From an uncultured Hyphomonas sp. (GTDB lineage: Bacteria > Pseudomonadota > Alphaproteobacteria > Caulobacterales > Hyphomonadaceae), in NCBI GenBank assembly GCA_964644755.1, contig CAZXXY010000001.1, positions 3,484-67,483 on the forward strand: a stretch of DNA of 64,000 nt, read 5' to 3'. Numbering within the stretch: the first letter of the stretch is position 1; each line of letters starts with the position of its first letter. Position numbers and translations under genes: made by a program. The notes beneath the pieces are model-generated. The model was not told the origin of the DNA. It saw only the letters and a list, made by a program, of their open reading frames with translations, and ran no database searches. Shown here one piece after another: positions 37,562-46,164 of the stretch.

Positions 37562-39354
37562 TCGGCAGCCACCTTGGCTGGCGCGTCTTGCTCGCCCGCA
37601 TGATGAATCTGGATGACACCCTCCTGCATATCCCAAGCTGCTGTCGGGCAGCGTTCAGCACATAGCCCGCAATGCAGGCATAAATTTTCGTCCTTGATCA
37701 TCACCCGTCCACTCAAGGGAAGTTCGGCAGACGCATACAAAGCCTGATCCGGATCAGCCGCATGGACAAGCGCGCGCAAATCAGGCTCCGGCGCGCTCTG
37801 TGTGATCGACAAACATTCTACCGGACAGACATCAATACAGGCGTCACATTCAGTGCATAGCGGCGCCTCGAAGACTGTATGCACATCACAGTTGAGGCAA
37901 CGCTCGACTTCGGTGGCAATCTGCTCGGCGCTAAAACCAAGCTCGACCTCGACATCGAGTTTCTCGAACCGCTCCACAAGAGCGACGTGTTCCATCTTGC
38001 GCCGGTCAGAGTCATCGTATGAGTTGGAGTAGCGCCACTCGAACATGCCCATTTTGGTCGAGGTCAATTCGACGCGGTCGGGCACACGATTGGTGAGATC
38101 ATCGCCCTGACAATGACGATGGATCGAGATCGCGGCCTGATGGCCATGCTCAACCGCCCAGATTATATTGAGCGGCCCGAAAGCAGCGTCCCCGCCAAAA
38201 AATACGCCCTTCAAAGTCGACTCAAATGTCACTTTGTCGACGGTCGGCACATCCCACTCGTCAAACTCGATGCCAGCGTCTTTCTCGATCCACGGGAACG
38301 CATTGTCCTGCCCGATGGCAAGGATCACATCATCGCACGGCAAAGTCACTTCACCGGTTACGCGCTGTCCGGTAATCCGGCCGGTTTCATCGACATCATA
38401 TTCCATCAGTTCAAACAACATGCCGACAAGCTTGCCGCCCTCGGAGACAAACGCTTTGGGCGAATGATTGACGAGGATATCGACATTCTCTTCTTCTGCG
38501 TCTTCGAGCTCCCATGGTGAGGCTTTGAAAAACTCGCGCGGCTTGCGCGCCATCACATTCACACTCTTGGCCCCGAGGCGAAGCGAGGTCCGGCAGCAAT
38601 CCATCGCTGTATTCCCGACCCCGATGATCAACACATTTTCACCGATCGAATCGGTATGTTCGAAAGCAACGCTCTCAAGCCAATCAATGCCGATATGGAT
38701 ATTTGCGGCGGCCTCTTTGCGTCCGGGCAAGTTCAGGTCTTTGCCCTTGGGCGCCCCTGTGCCGACAAACACCGCATCATAACCAGCTTCCAACAGCTCG
38801 CTCATCGAATTGACAGGTGTTCCCAGCTTCAGGTCCACCCCCATATCCAGAATATAACCCAACTCTTCCATCAACACTTCTTCGGGCAGACGGAAAGCGG
38901 GAATGTTCGTGCGCATGAGGCCGCCCGGCTTATCGAGCTTTTCAAAAATCGTGCACTCATAGCCCATTGGCGCGAGATCATTGGCGACCGTAAACGAGGC
39001 AGGGCCTGCGCCAATAAGGGCGATTTTTTTGCCATTGGTCACGGCCGGTTTTTTGGGAAGGCGGTCTGTAATATCGTCGCGGTGATCAGCGGCCACACGT
39101 TTCAAGCGGCAAATCGCGACAGGTTCTTCTTCTACACGCGTCCGCCGGCAAGCTGGCTCGCAAGGTCGGTCACAAACACGGCCAAGAATCCCCGGAAACA
39201 CGTTTGAAGCCCTATTGAGCAAATAAGCATCACTATACTTGCCCTGAGCGATCAATCGAATATAGGCGGGAACCGGCGTATGCGCGGGACAGGCCCATTG
39301 GCAATCCACGACCTTATGAAAATAGTCTGGATCGTTCGTATCAGTTGGTTTCAT
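37558..39354 (-). CDS. GltD-like NADPH/FAD oxidoreductase fused to a 2x[4Fe-4S] ferredoxin domain (KorC-like)
   Basis: 598 aa. N-terminal Fe-S Cys cluster region (CPAHTPV, CDRPCEPAC), [24 protein letters not shown], and C-terminal CLNCDVH..CTECDACIDVCP and CLHCGLCAERCP. Confidence 0.8.
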   Translation of the reverse strand: MKPTDTNDPDYFHKVVDCQWACPAHTPVPAYIRLIAQGKYSDAYLLNRASNVFPGILGRVCDRPCEPACRRTRVEEEPVAICRLKRVAADHRDDITDRLPKKPAVTNGKKIALIGAGPASFTVANDLAPMGYECTIFEKLDKPGGLMRTNIPAFRLPEEVLMEELGYILDMGVDLKLGTPVNSMSELLEAGYDAVFVGTGAPKGKDLNLPGRKEAAANIHIGIDWLESVAFEHTDSIGENVLIIGVGNTAMDCCRTSLRLGAKSVNVMARKPREFFKASPWELEDAEEENVDILVNHSPKAFVSEGGKLVGMLFELMEYDVDETGRITGQRVTGEVTLPCDDVILAIGQDNAFPWIEKDAGIEFDEWDVPTVDKVTFESTLKGVFFGGDAAFGPLNIIWAVEHGHQAAISIHRHCQGDDLTNRVPDRVELTSTKMGMFEWRYSNSYDDSDRRKMEHVALVERFEKLDVEVELGFSAEQIATEVERCLNCDVHTVFEAPLCTECDACIDVCPVECLSITQSAPEPDLRALVHAADPDQALYASAELPLSGRVMIKDENLCLHCGLCAERCPTAAWDMQEGVIQIHHAGEQDAPAKVAAE

Positions 39355-39554
39355 CTCGGTTCCATCGTTTCCACACTAAAATGATTAACCAGCTAAACGA
39401 GAAGCGCAACATCTATTCTCCGAATAGCACAGTCAGACGCTCCCCATAGATGGGGCAGGTCATACGGAGTCCATGCAACTTCCCGCCATGTCACGCTAAA
39501 CGCGAACGTCAAGGGCACCATGATTGGTTGAAACATCATGCAGGGGAGATAATC

Positions 39555-40019
39555 ATGGCCGAAGCATATATTATCGACGCATGCCATCATTATCGAACGC
39601 GTTTAGCCATCCGCCAAGGCCCGGCATGCATGGACAAATGCCAGCTGGCCTTGCATATCGACGAGATGAACCAGCCTCGCGCATCGACGATCACCCTCAG
39701 CATCCGGCTTGATTTGCCAGATGGGACAAGGTTCGGACCGGGTAAAGCTGCCCTGCTGACCGCGCTCCAGGCGCATGGCTCTATCTCAGCCGCCGCACGT
39801 GCACTGGGTATGTCGTATCCAAAGGCGCTGCGTTTGATTGAGGAAATGAACGGCCAGTTCGCTTCTCCTCTTGTCGAGACTTATCAGGGCGGCGCGGATC
39901 GCGGGGGCGCGAACATCACGGTACTTGGCGCAAAAATCAACGACCTTTATAAAAAGCTGACCACAACTGCAGGCTCTGCAAACAGCGCAACCCTGAACGC
40001 CCTTATGGCGCTTTGCTGA
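39555..40019 (+). CDS. ModE N-terminal-domain-like winged-helix regulator without Mop domains
   Basis: LSIRLDLPDGTRFGPGKAALLTALQAHGSISAAARALGMSYPKALRLIEEMN...GGADRGGANITVLG aligns by eye with the E. coli ModE N-terminal domain. The protein ends right after it. Start uncertain: ATG at 39555 has the SD GGGGAGA, while ATG at 39666 (MNQPRAS) would give 117 aa. Confidence 0.7.
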   Translation: MAEAYIIDACHHYRTRLAIRQGPACMDKCQLALHIDEMNQPRASTITLSIRLDLPDGTRFGPGKAALLTALQAHGSISAAARALGMSYPKALRLIEEMNGQFASPLVETYQGGADRGGANITVLGAKINDLYKKLTTTAGSANSATLNALMALC

Positions 40020-40046
40020 TGTAAGTGGGCCGGGTGCGACTTGCTT

Positions 40047-40072
40047 CCGTTATAAACAATCATTTATAACGG
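40047..40072. promoter_or_regulatory. Mo-box-like operator: perfect palindrome CCGTTATAAA-N6-TTTATAACGG
   Basis: Read directly; ends 4 nt before the xdhC-like ATG (40076). The half-sites CGTTATA/TATAACG, separated by 10 nt, match my recollection of ModE operators. It overlaps a possible promoter (TTGCTT at 40041..40046, TATAAC at 40065..40070). Confidence 0.55.
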
Positions 40073-40075
40073 TGT

Positions 40076-41005
40076 ATGACCGCCGCGACCCTCGCCTCAC
40101 CCCGGATCAGGCCTGCTTTGACCTCGTTAGAGCATCCTCTGGATATTTTGCGATTTGTGCGGGACCAGTCGGACAAAGACTTACCCTGTGCGCTCGTCAT
40201 GATTACGGGCACTGATGGCGGCGCCGTGCGAAGCGCCGGAGCCTTGATGGCTGTGACAGAAACAGGCGCAAGGTGCGGATACCTTTCGGGCGGCTGCATC
40301 GATGCCGATATTGCTCTAAATGCCCAGAAAGCGATCGCCGAGCACACTTCTCTTAGTCTGCGCTATGGACGCGGCTCCCCGTTCACTGACATCCGATTGC
40401 CGTGCGGCGGCGGGATTGATCTGGCCATCACGCCAGCACCTGACATTGGTGCGGTAAATCGAGTGATCGATACTCTTGCCACCCGTCAGCCTGCCACATT
40501 CACCTTGGATGGATTTACCGCACACTACCGACCGAAACTGCAACTTCGCATCGCAGGGATTGGTGCAGACCCGATTGCGCTGTTGCAAATAGCAACCGCC
40601 TCCGGGATCGATGCTGTGCTCTGGTCGCAAGATGAGGACTGCCGCGCAAATGCTGCAAATGTTGGGTCCTCGCCAGCCATTTCGCTCACCACGCCGCGTG
40701 CATTGCCTGCCTCCCATGATGATGCCTACACAGCCTTCATTCTTATGGCTCATGATCCGGATTGGGAAACGCCGCTTTTGCGCCAAGCCTTGTCAGGTGA
40801 TGCTTTCTATATCGGCGCCGTAGGCAGCCCGAATACGCATCGCATCCGTTGCGAGATGCTGCGCTCAGAAGGCGTGGCCGAAACCGATATCGCCCGCATT
40901 CATGGACCAGTTGGTCTTATTCCGTCGATGCGTGACGCGTCTACGCTTGGCGTCTCCTGTCTGGCAGAGATCATTTCGTGTTTCCATCAGAAGGCTGCGA
41001 CATGA
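40076..41005 (+). CDS. XdhC/CoxI family molybdoenzyme maturation protein
   Basis: 309 aa with ALVMITGTDGGAVRSAGALMAV...GYLSGGCID and a C-terminal Rossmann-like half. Confidence 0.75.
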   Translation: MTAATLASPRIRPALTSLEHPLDILRFVRDQSDKDLPCALVMITGTDGGAVRSAGALMAVTETGARCGYLSGGCIDADIALNAQKAIAEHTSLSLRYGRGSPFTDIRLPCGGGIDLAITPAPDIGAVNRVIDTLATRQPATFTLDGFTAHYRPKLQLRIAGIGADPIALLQIATASGIDAVLWSQDEDCRANAANVGSSPAISLTTPRALPASHDDAYTAFILMAHDPDWETPLLRQALSGDAFYIGAVGSPNTHRIRCEMLRSEGVAETDIARIHGPVGLIPSMRDASTLGVSCLAEIISCFHQKAAT

Positions 41006-41601
41006 TCCCGAACGAGCTTGCAATTATCCTGCTTGCCAGCGGGCTCTCGAAACGGTTCGGCACAAGCGACAAGCTACTGGCCGACCTCAACGGGCGACCA
41101 CTTGGCAGCTATGCGGCAAGCCTCTTTGCTTCACAGCGCACAGAGCTGCACTGCGCTGTCGTCCCTGCTCAAGACAAACAACGGATAGAACTTTATCAGG
41201 ACCATGGCTGGAAAATACTCACCAATCCCGCTCCCGAACGGGGCCAAGGCACCTCGCTCGCCATCGCTGCCAAACATCTACAGACAAGCAGAGCAACCGC
41301 CGCGCTGATCTTACTTGCGGACATGCCATTTGTGACCGAAGATGATATAGGCGCGCTGATCAGGGCAACCCCTGCCGACCATGCGAGCCTGAGCCAATGT
41401 GGAGACACCTTGCAGCCTCCTGCCATCTTCCCGCGCAATACTTTCGCGCAGCTCGCCGCCTGTACCGGCGACACAGGCGCACGCCACGTCTTCAAACAGT
41501 TGCCACGGACGAAAATCTGTTCCATCTCATCCAGATCAGCACACGACATAGACACGCCGCGTGCCCTTGCCGAGGCCGCAGAAAGCCAGCGCCATGCCTG
41601 A
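41002..41601 (+). CDS. MobA/MocA-like nucleotidyltransferase (molybdenum cofactor cytidylyl/guanylyl-transferase family)
   Basis: ATGA overlap with the xdhC-like stop. [14 protein letters not shown] and LLADMPFV motifs. Confidence 0.7.
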   Translation: MIPNELAIILLASGLSKRFGTSDKLLADLNGRPLGSYAASLFASQRTELHCAVVPAQDKQRIELYQDHGWKILTNPAPERGQGTSLAIAAKHLQTSRATAALILLADMPFVTEDDIGALIRATPADHASLSQCGDTLQPPAIFPRNTFAQLAACTGDTGARHVFKQLPRTKICSISSRSAHDIDTPRALAEAAESQRHA

Positions 41602-42601
41602 ACCTTTGATTGACCAGTTTGGTCGCACCATCACCTATTTGCGGCTTTCGGTAACTGACAGGTGTGATTTACGCTGCACCTATTGCATGGCGGAGAAGAT
41701 GCAATTTCTGCCGCGCGCTGAACTTCTCACGCTTGAGGAAATCGACAAAATCGGCCGGCAACTGGTTGGGCGCGGCGTAAAGAAAATAAGAATCAGTGGC
41801 GGCGAGCCTCTCGTTCGCAGGAATATAATGCAACTGTTTGAAAGTCTCGGCAGTCTTCTTGGCAACGGCCTTGATGAGCTGACACTGACCTCGAATGGAA
41901 CGCTGCTATCGACCTATGCGAAACCGCTATTTGATGCAGGCGTTCGCAGAATAAACATCTCGCTCGATACCCTCGACGCAGGAAAATTCAAAGACATCAC
42001 CCGACGCGGAGATCTTGATAAAGTGCTTGGCGGTGTCGATGCCGCCCTCTCCGCAGGCCTGAAAGTCAAAATCAATACGGTCGCGCTCAAGCATCAGAAT
42101 GCGGATGAGCTGCCGGAGATTATCGCATGGGCGCATGGGTTGGGCATGGAGATGACACTCATTGAAGTGATGCCGATGGGCGACTCCGATGAGGACCGGA
42201 TCGATCAATATATTCCGCTGCCGATGATCCGCGATCAACTCGAAACCCGCTGGAGCCTAGAAGATGCCCCCGATACCCGCCCGAATCTCGGGCCGGCCCG
42301 CTTTGTTCGCATCAAGGAAACCGGCGGCAAACTTGGTTTCATCACGCCGTTGACGAACAATTTTTGCGCCGGATGCAATCGCGTCAGGATCACTTGCACT
42401 GGTCGGCTCTATATGTGTCTGGGACAAGATGACCATGTCGATCTGCGGGATTTGCTGCGATCCTCCGGCGGCGACACGGCCTCCCTTGATGCCGCTTTTA
42501 ATCGCGCGCTCGCGGCCAAGCCGGAGCGTCACGATTTCTCGATTTCCAAGCGGGGGCAAAGTCCAGCGGTCAGTCGTCATATGTCGGTGACAGGAGGCTA
42601 G
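41594..42601 (+). CDS. moaA: GTP 3',8-cyclase (radical SAM)
   Basis: [18 protein letters not shown] radical-SAM motif and C-terminal [20 protein letters not shown]. Overlaps the upstream gene by 8 nt. Confidence 0.9.
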   Translation: MPEPLIDQFGRTITYLRLSVTDRCDLRCTYCMAEKMQFLPRAELLTLEEIDKIGRQLVGRGVKKIRISGGEPLVRRNIMQLFESLGSLLGNGLDELTLTSNGTLLSTYAKPLFDAGVRRINISLDTLDAGKFKDITRRGDLDKVLGGVDAALSAGLKVKINTVALKHQNADELPEIIAWAHGLGMEMTLIEVMPMGDSDEDRIDQYIPLPMIRDQLETRWSLEDAPDTRPNLGPARFVRIKETGGKLGFITPLTNNFCAGCNRVRITCTGRLYMCLGQDDHVDLRDLLRSSGGDTASLDAAFNRALAAKPERHDFSISKRGQSPAVSRHMSVTGG

Positions 42602-42603
42602 TC

Positions 42604-42852
42604 ATGATTACGCTTGTCTATCTAGGGCGTCTGGCTGACATCACCGGAACTCCTCAAGAGGCACTTGTTCTGCCTGACACACTCGGCACGACGGCCGATC
42701 TGCGCGCATGGCTGAAAACACGGTTCACCGGGCTGGGGCCGGATTTTGACACCAGCGTCCGCATTGCACTCGACAATGAGATTTGCAATGAGCCTGCCCC
42801 TATTGGCAGCGCACGGGAGATTGCATTCCTGCCGCCAGTGGGTGGAGGCTGA
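42604..42852 (+). CDS. moaD: molybdopterin synthase sulfur-carrier subunit
   Basis: 82 aa ending in PPVGGG (C-terminal Gly-Gly). Lies directly between moaA and moaE. Confidence 0.85.
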   Translation: MITLVYLGRLADITGTPQEALVLPDTLGTTADLRAWLKTRFTGLGPDFDTSVRIALDNEICNEPAPIGSAREIAFLPPVGGG

Positions 42853-42855
42853 TCC

Positions 42856-43317
42856 ATGACTGTGCTTCTCACAGAAACCCCGTTTGATCCGGCAGCTTTG
42901 CTAGATGAATTCAGCAAGTCGGCGATCAATGCCGGGGCGATTGTAAGCTTTAGCGGCATCGTTCGCCCGCACTCGAAAGATGGCGCGGTGACGGGACTGC
43001 ATTTGCAAGCTTACTCCCCGATGACCGAGCGCGGGATTGAAGCCGCTGCCGAACAAGCCAAGCAGCGCTGGCCGCTCGAAAGCATCTACATTGTCCACCG
43101 CACCGGCGATATGCAAGCGGGCGAGCCCATCGTCTTCGTTGCAGCCGCATCAGCCCATAGGCGTGCGGCTTTTGAGGCGGCTGATTTCCTTATGGACTAT
43201 TTGAAAACCGAAGCGATATTCTGGAAGAAAGAATATACCGAGACGGACGCACGCTGGATTGAACCCCGTCCGGAAGACTATGCTGACAAACAACGCTGGA
43301 CCCGGCAGGAGACATAA
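42856..43317 (+). CDS. moaE: molybdopterin synthase catalytic subunit
   Basis: 153 aa with GAIVSFSGIVR...IVHRTGDMQAGEPIVFVAAASAHRRAAFEA...FWKKE. Confidence 0.9.
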   Translation: MTVLLTETPFDPAALLDEFSKSAINAGAIVSFSGIVRPHSKDGAVTGLHLQAYSPMTERGIEAAAEQAKQRWPLESIYIVHRTGDMQAGEPIVFVAAASAHRRAAFEAADFLMDYLKTEAIFWKKEYTETDARWIEPRPEDYADKQRWTRQET

Positions 43318-43321
43318 ATGT

Positions 43322-43852
43322 ATGGCTGGAATTGACGAATCCCTGAGCTTCACCCCGACCCGTATTGCAATCCTGATTGTCAGCGATACGCGCACGCTCG
43401 ACACGGATACGTCTGGCGCATTGCTCGCAGAGCGCATTGCCGGCGCCGGACATGTGGTGGTCAAGCGGGAGATCGTACGCGACACGATCGCCGACATTCA
43501 GAGCATCACGAAAGACTGGATTGCTGATCCAGGCATTGATGTGATTATTTCAAGCGGCGGCACGGGGCTAACCGGACGTGACGTGACACCCGAAGCTATG
43601 AGCCCGCTATTTGACAAAGTGATCGAGGGCTTCTCCGTCATCTTCCACAAGGTCAGCTTTGAAAGCGTCGGGCTGTCGACGCTACAGTCGCGAGCCTTGG
43701 CCGGCATCGCGGACGGGACCATCATCTTCTGCTTGCCCGGCTCGAATGGCGCTGTGAAAGACGGATGGGACAAAGTCATTTCTTTACAGCTCGACAGCCG
43801 CCACAAGCCCTGCAATCTTATCGAACTGATGCCGCGCTTTCAGGAGACGTAG
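43322..43852 (+). CDS. moaB: molybdenum cofactor biosynthesis protein B (MoaB/MogA family)
   Basis: Start at the ATG 9 nt after AGGAGA. RIAILIVSDTR...ISSGGTGLTGRDVTPEA...PGSNGAV. Confidence 0.85.
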   Translation: MAGIDESLSFTPTRIAILIVSDTRTLDTDTSGALLAERIAGAGHVVVKREIVRDTIADIQSITKDWIADPGIDVIISSGGTGLTGRDVTPEAMSPLFDKVIEGFSVIFHKVSFESVGLSTLQSRALAGIADGTIIFCLPGSNGAVKDGWDKVISLQLDSRHKPCNLIELMPRFQET

Positions 43853-44338
43853 ATGACTGGTTTAACCCATATTGGCCCCGATGGCCGCGCCGTCATGGTT
43901 GATGTCTCTGCCAAAGCCGATACGGAACGCACCGCCATTGCTGTCGGCCACATAGACATGTCCACTGACGCATTCACCCAGGCGACCAATCGCAACACCA
44001 AGAAAGGTGACCCGCTCGCCATCGCCGAGCTGGCGGGCATTATGGCTGCCAAGAAAACCGCTGATCTGGTTCCATTGTGCCATCCACTGCCTCTGACCAA
44101 GATCAAGGTCGAGATCACGCCCGATGACAATGAGCCGAGATTACACATTCAGGCGAGCGTCAAAACCACTGGAAAGACCGGTGTCGAGATGGAAGCCCTG
44201 ACAGCCGTGAGCGTGGCCTGCCTAACGCTCTACGACATGCTCAAAGCGATTGATAAGACAATGACGATTGGCGGCATCAACTTGCAAGAAAAGACAGGCG
44301 GAAAGTCCGGTCACTTCATTAACCGGCCAGACACATGA
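43853..44338 (+). CDS. moaC: cyclic pyranopterin monophosphate synthase
   Basis: 161 aa with MVDVSAK..T.R.A...KGDPLAIAELAGIMAAKKTADLVPLCHPL...GVEMEALTAVSVA. Confidence 0.9.
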   Translation: MTGLTHIGPDGRAVMVDVSAKADTERTAIAVGHIDMSTDAFTQATNRNTKKGDPLAIAELAGIMAAKKTADLVPLCHPLPLTKIKVEITPDDNEPRLHIQASVKTTGKTGVEMEALTAVSVACLTLYDMLKAIDKTMTIGGINLQEKTGGKSGHFINRPDT

Positions 44339-45528
44339 TTTCTTACGCTGAGGCCGTTGAGAAGATTGCTGGGCTGCGGGCGACACCCGCTGTCGAACAG
44401 ATCAAGATAAGTGCAGCGCTTGGGGCAGTGCTCGCCGCGCCGCTGATTGCGAAACTTGATCGCCCGCCCGCAGCTGTCTCTGCGATGGATGGATATGCCG
44501 TGCGCCTAAAAGATGTCAGCGCGGCAAAGACCACTCTCAAACTCATCGGCGCAGCCCCTGCAGGTGCACCTTTTACGGGGAGTGTCTCTGCGGGGCAAAC
44601 CGTCCGTATTTTTACAGGCGGGGAAATGCCAGCAGGAGCCGACCATGTTGTCATTCAGGAAGACACTCATGCTGATGGCACAGCGATCACAATTCTTCCT
44701 GCCTTTGACGCCATTCGGCATGTCCGCGCCAAGAGCCTCGATTTTGCGTCCGGCGACGTATTGCTAGAGGCGGGCACGCGTCTTGGTCCGGCAGAGCTTG
44801 CTATCGCTGCATCTGCAAACCATGCCATCCTGGATGTCTACAAGCGCCCCAGTGTTGCCCTGCTCGCAAATGGCAACGAGTTGAAACCAGCAGGAACACA
44901 GCTTGCGCATGGCGAAATTATCAACTCCAACCCGCCAGCTCTGTCAGCGCTTATACGGCAATGGGGGGGAACACCGGTAGAACTTGGCATCGCATCAGAT
45001 TCTATCGAGAGCATCCAGCAATTTATCGCTCGAGCGGATGATGCGGATATTATCGTCCCGGTTGGCGGGGCTTCCGTTGGCGATCATGACCATATGTTCG
45101 CCGCGTTCGAAGCGCTGGATTATATGCCGGTCTTTCGCAAAGTTGCAGTAAAACCGGGAAAGCCGACATGGTGCGCGACAAAGGGCCAACAAATTGTCCT
45201 TGGGCTCCCCGGCAATCCCGCCTCCGCTCTGGTCTGTGCCCACCTCTTTCTAAAGCCGCTTGTCACGGGCAATAAGGGCCAACAGCTCGTTAGCGCAACT
45301 CTCGCAAATGATCTGCCGGCGAATGGACGGCGCGCTGAATTTTTGCGCGCAAAATGCGAGATTGACCACACAGGACAGCTTCAGGTCACGCCTCTCGCCA
45401 ATCAAGACAGCTCGCTTTTGCATCCTTTTCTGGAAGCGAATGCGTTGCTTTACCGCGACGTTGATGCGGCATATGCTGAACACGGAAGTATTGTGTCCGT
45501 CGTGCCGATCCGCCCATTATCCCTTTAA
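44335..45528 (+). CDS. moeA: molybdopterin molybdotransferase
   Basis: 397 aa with SAMDGYAVR, RIFTGGEMPAGADHVVIQE, GGASVGDHD, KPGKP and GLPGNPASA. ATGA-type overlap with moaC. Confidence 0.9.
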   Translation: MISYAEAVEKIAGLRATPAVEQIKISAALGAVLAAPLIAKLDRPPAAVSAMDGYAVRLKDVSAAKTTLKLIGAAPAGAPFTGSVSAGQTVRIFTGGEMPAGADHVVIQEDTHADGTAITILPAFDAIRHVRAKSLDFASGDVLLEAGTRLGPAELAIAASANHAILDVYKRPSVALLANGNELKPAGTQLAHGEIINSNPPALSALIRQWGGTPVELGIASDSIESIQQFIARADDADIIVPVGGASVGDHDHMFAAFEALDYMPVFRKVAVKPGKPTWCATKGQQIVLGLPGNPASALVCAHLFLKPLVTGNKGQQLVSATLANDLPANGRRAEFLRAKCEIDHTGQLQVTPLANQDSSLLHPFLEANALLYRDVDAAYAEHGSIVSVVPIRPLSL

Positions 45529-46110
45529 ACGGCGAGCAAGATTGAAAGTCTGCTCTGCCAAAAGCTTCATCTGCCGCTCTCCGGCCAGGAGGCTGGCCTC
45601 AGATTTATCCGTACTGTTGAACGCATACCCGAACGGGGTCACAAAACCTCGCAAGGCATGGGTCATATCGCGCAGGGCGCCCAACGTCGTCATGGCTCCG
45701 GTCATCCCCGCCCCCGACGCTATGAGCCCAACAGCCCGCCCGTCCAGATAGACCGCCTCGTCCCCGCTCATATCCTCAATGTAATCAATCGCATTCTTGA
45801 TCAAACCGGAGACGTTGCCATGGTATCCCGGTGACCCAATCACAACGCCATCCGCTGTCCGCAGCGCATCGATCAGGGCAGTCGCTTCTGGTGTGCGTAT
45901 ATCAGTTGACGGATTGTAGAATGGCATCTCCAATTCAGGGCCAATGATAAGAGTGGTGTCTGCGCCAAGGGCTTCGGCATAGTTCAAAACCTGCTCAACA
46001 GCCTTTTCCGTTGACGAGCCAGCTCGGAGCGTTCCTCCCAAACCTACAATTTTGACACGCTTTGTAATCTCGCATTCCTCCACATCGATGCCACCGCACA
46101 GCACGCGCAT
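45517..46110 (-). CDS. NAD(P)H-dependent FMN reductase family protein
   Basis: 197 aa with VKIVGLGGTLRAGSSTEKA...GSPGYHGNVSGLIKNAIDY. Its 3' end overlaps moeA by 12 nt (convergent). Confidence 0.75.
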   Translation of the reverse strand: MRVLCGGIDVEECEITKRVKIVGLGGTLRAGSSTEKAVEQVLNYAEALGADTTLIIGPELEMPFYNPSTDIRTPEATALIDALRTADGVVIGSPGYHGNVSGLIKNAIDYIEDMSGDEAVYLDGRAVGLIASGAGMTGAMTTLGALRDMTHALRGFVTPFGYAFNSTDKSEASLLAGERQMKLLAEQTFNLARRLKG

Positions 46111-46164
46111 GGTCTTCTTCGATCAGCCTATACGCTATCTGCTAGAGCAATTTCCCCAAATTGC

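Noticed and set aside
39423-39465. Short palindromes CTATTC-N3-GAATAG and CCCCAT-N2-ATGGGG in the korC-like/ModE-like intergenic region
   Set aside because: The arms are 6 bp, which is frequent by chance in a 200-nt region. They do not resemble the Mo-box or any site I know.
40020-40075. Possible Moco riboswitch upstream of the moa genes
   Set aside because: Only 56 nt are available and they are largely taken up by the palindrome. That is too short for the roughly 130-nt Moco RNA motif, and I see no extended stem architecture.
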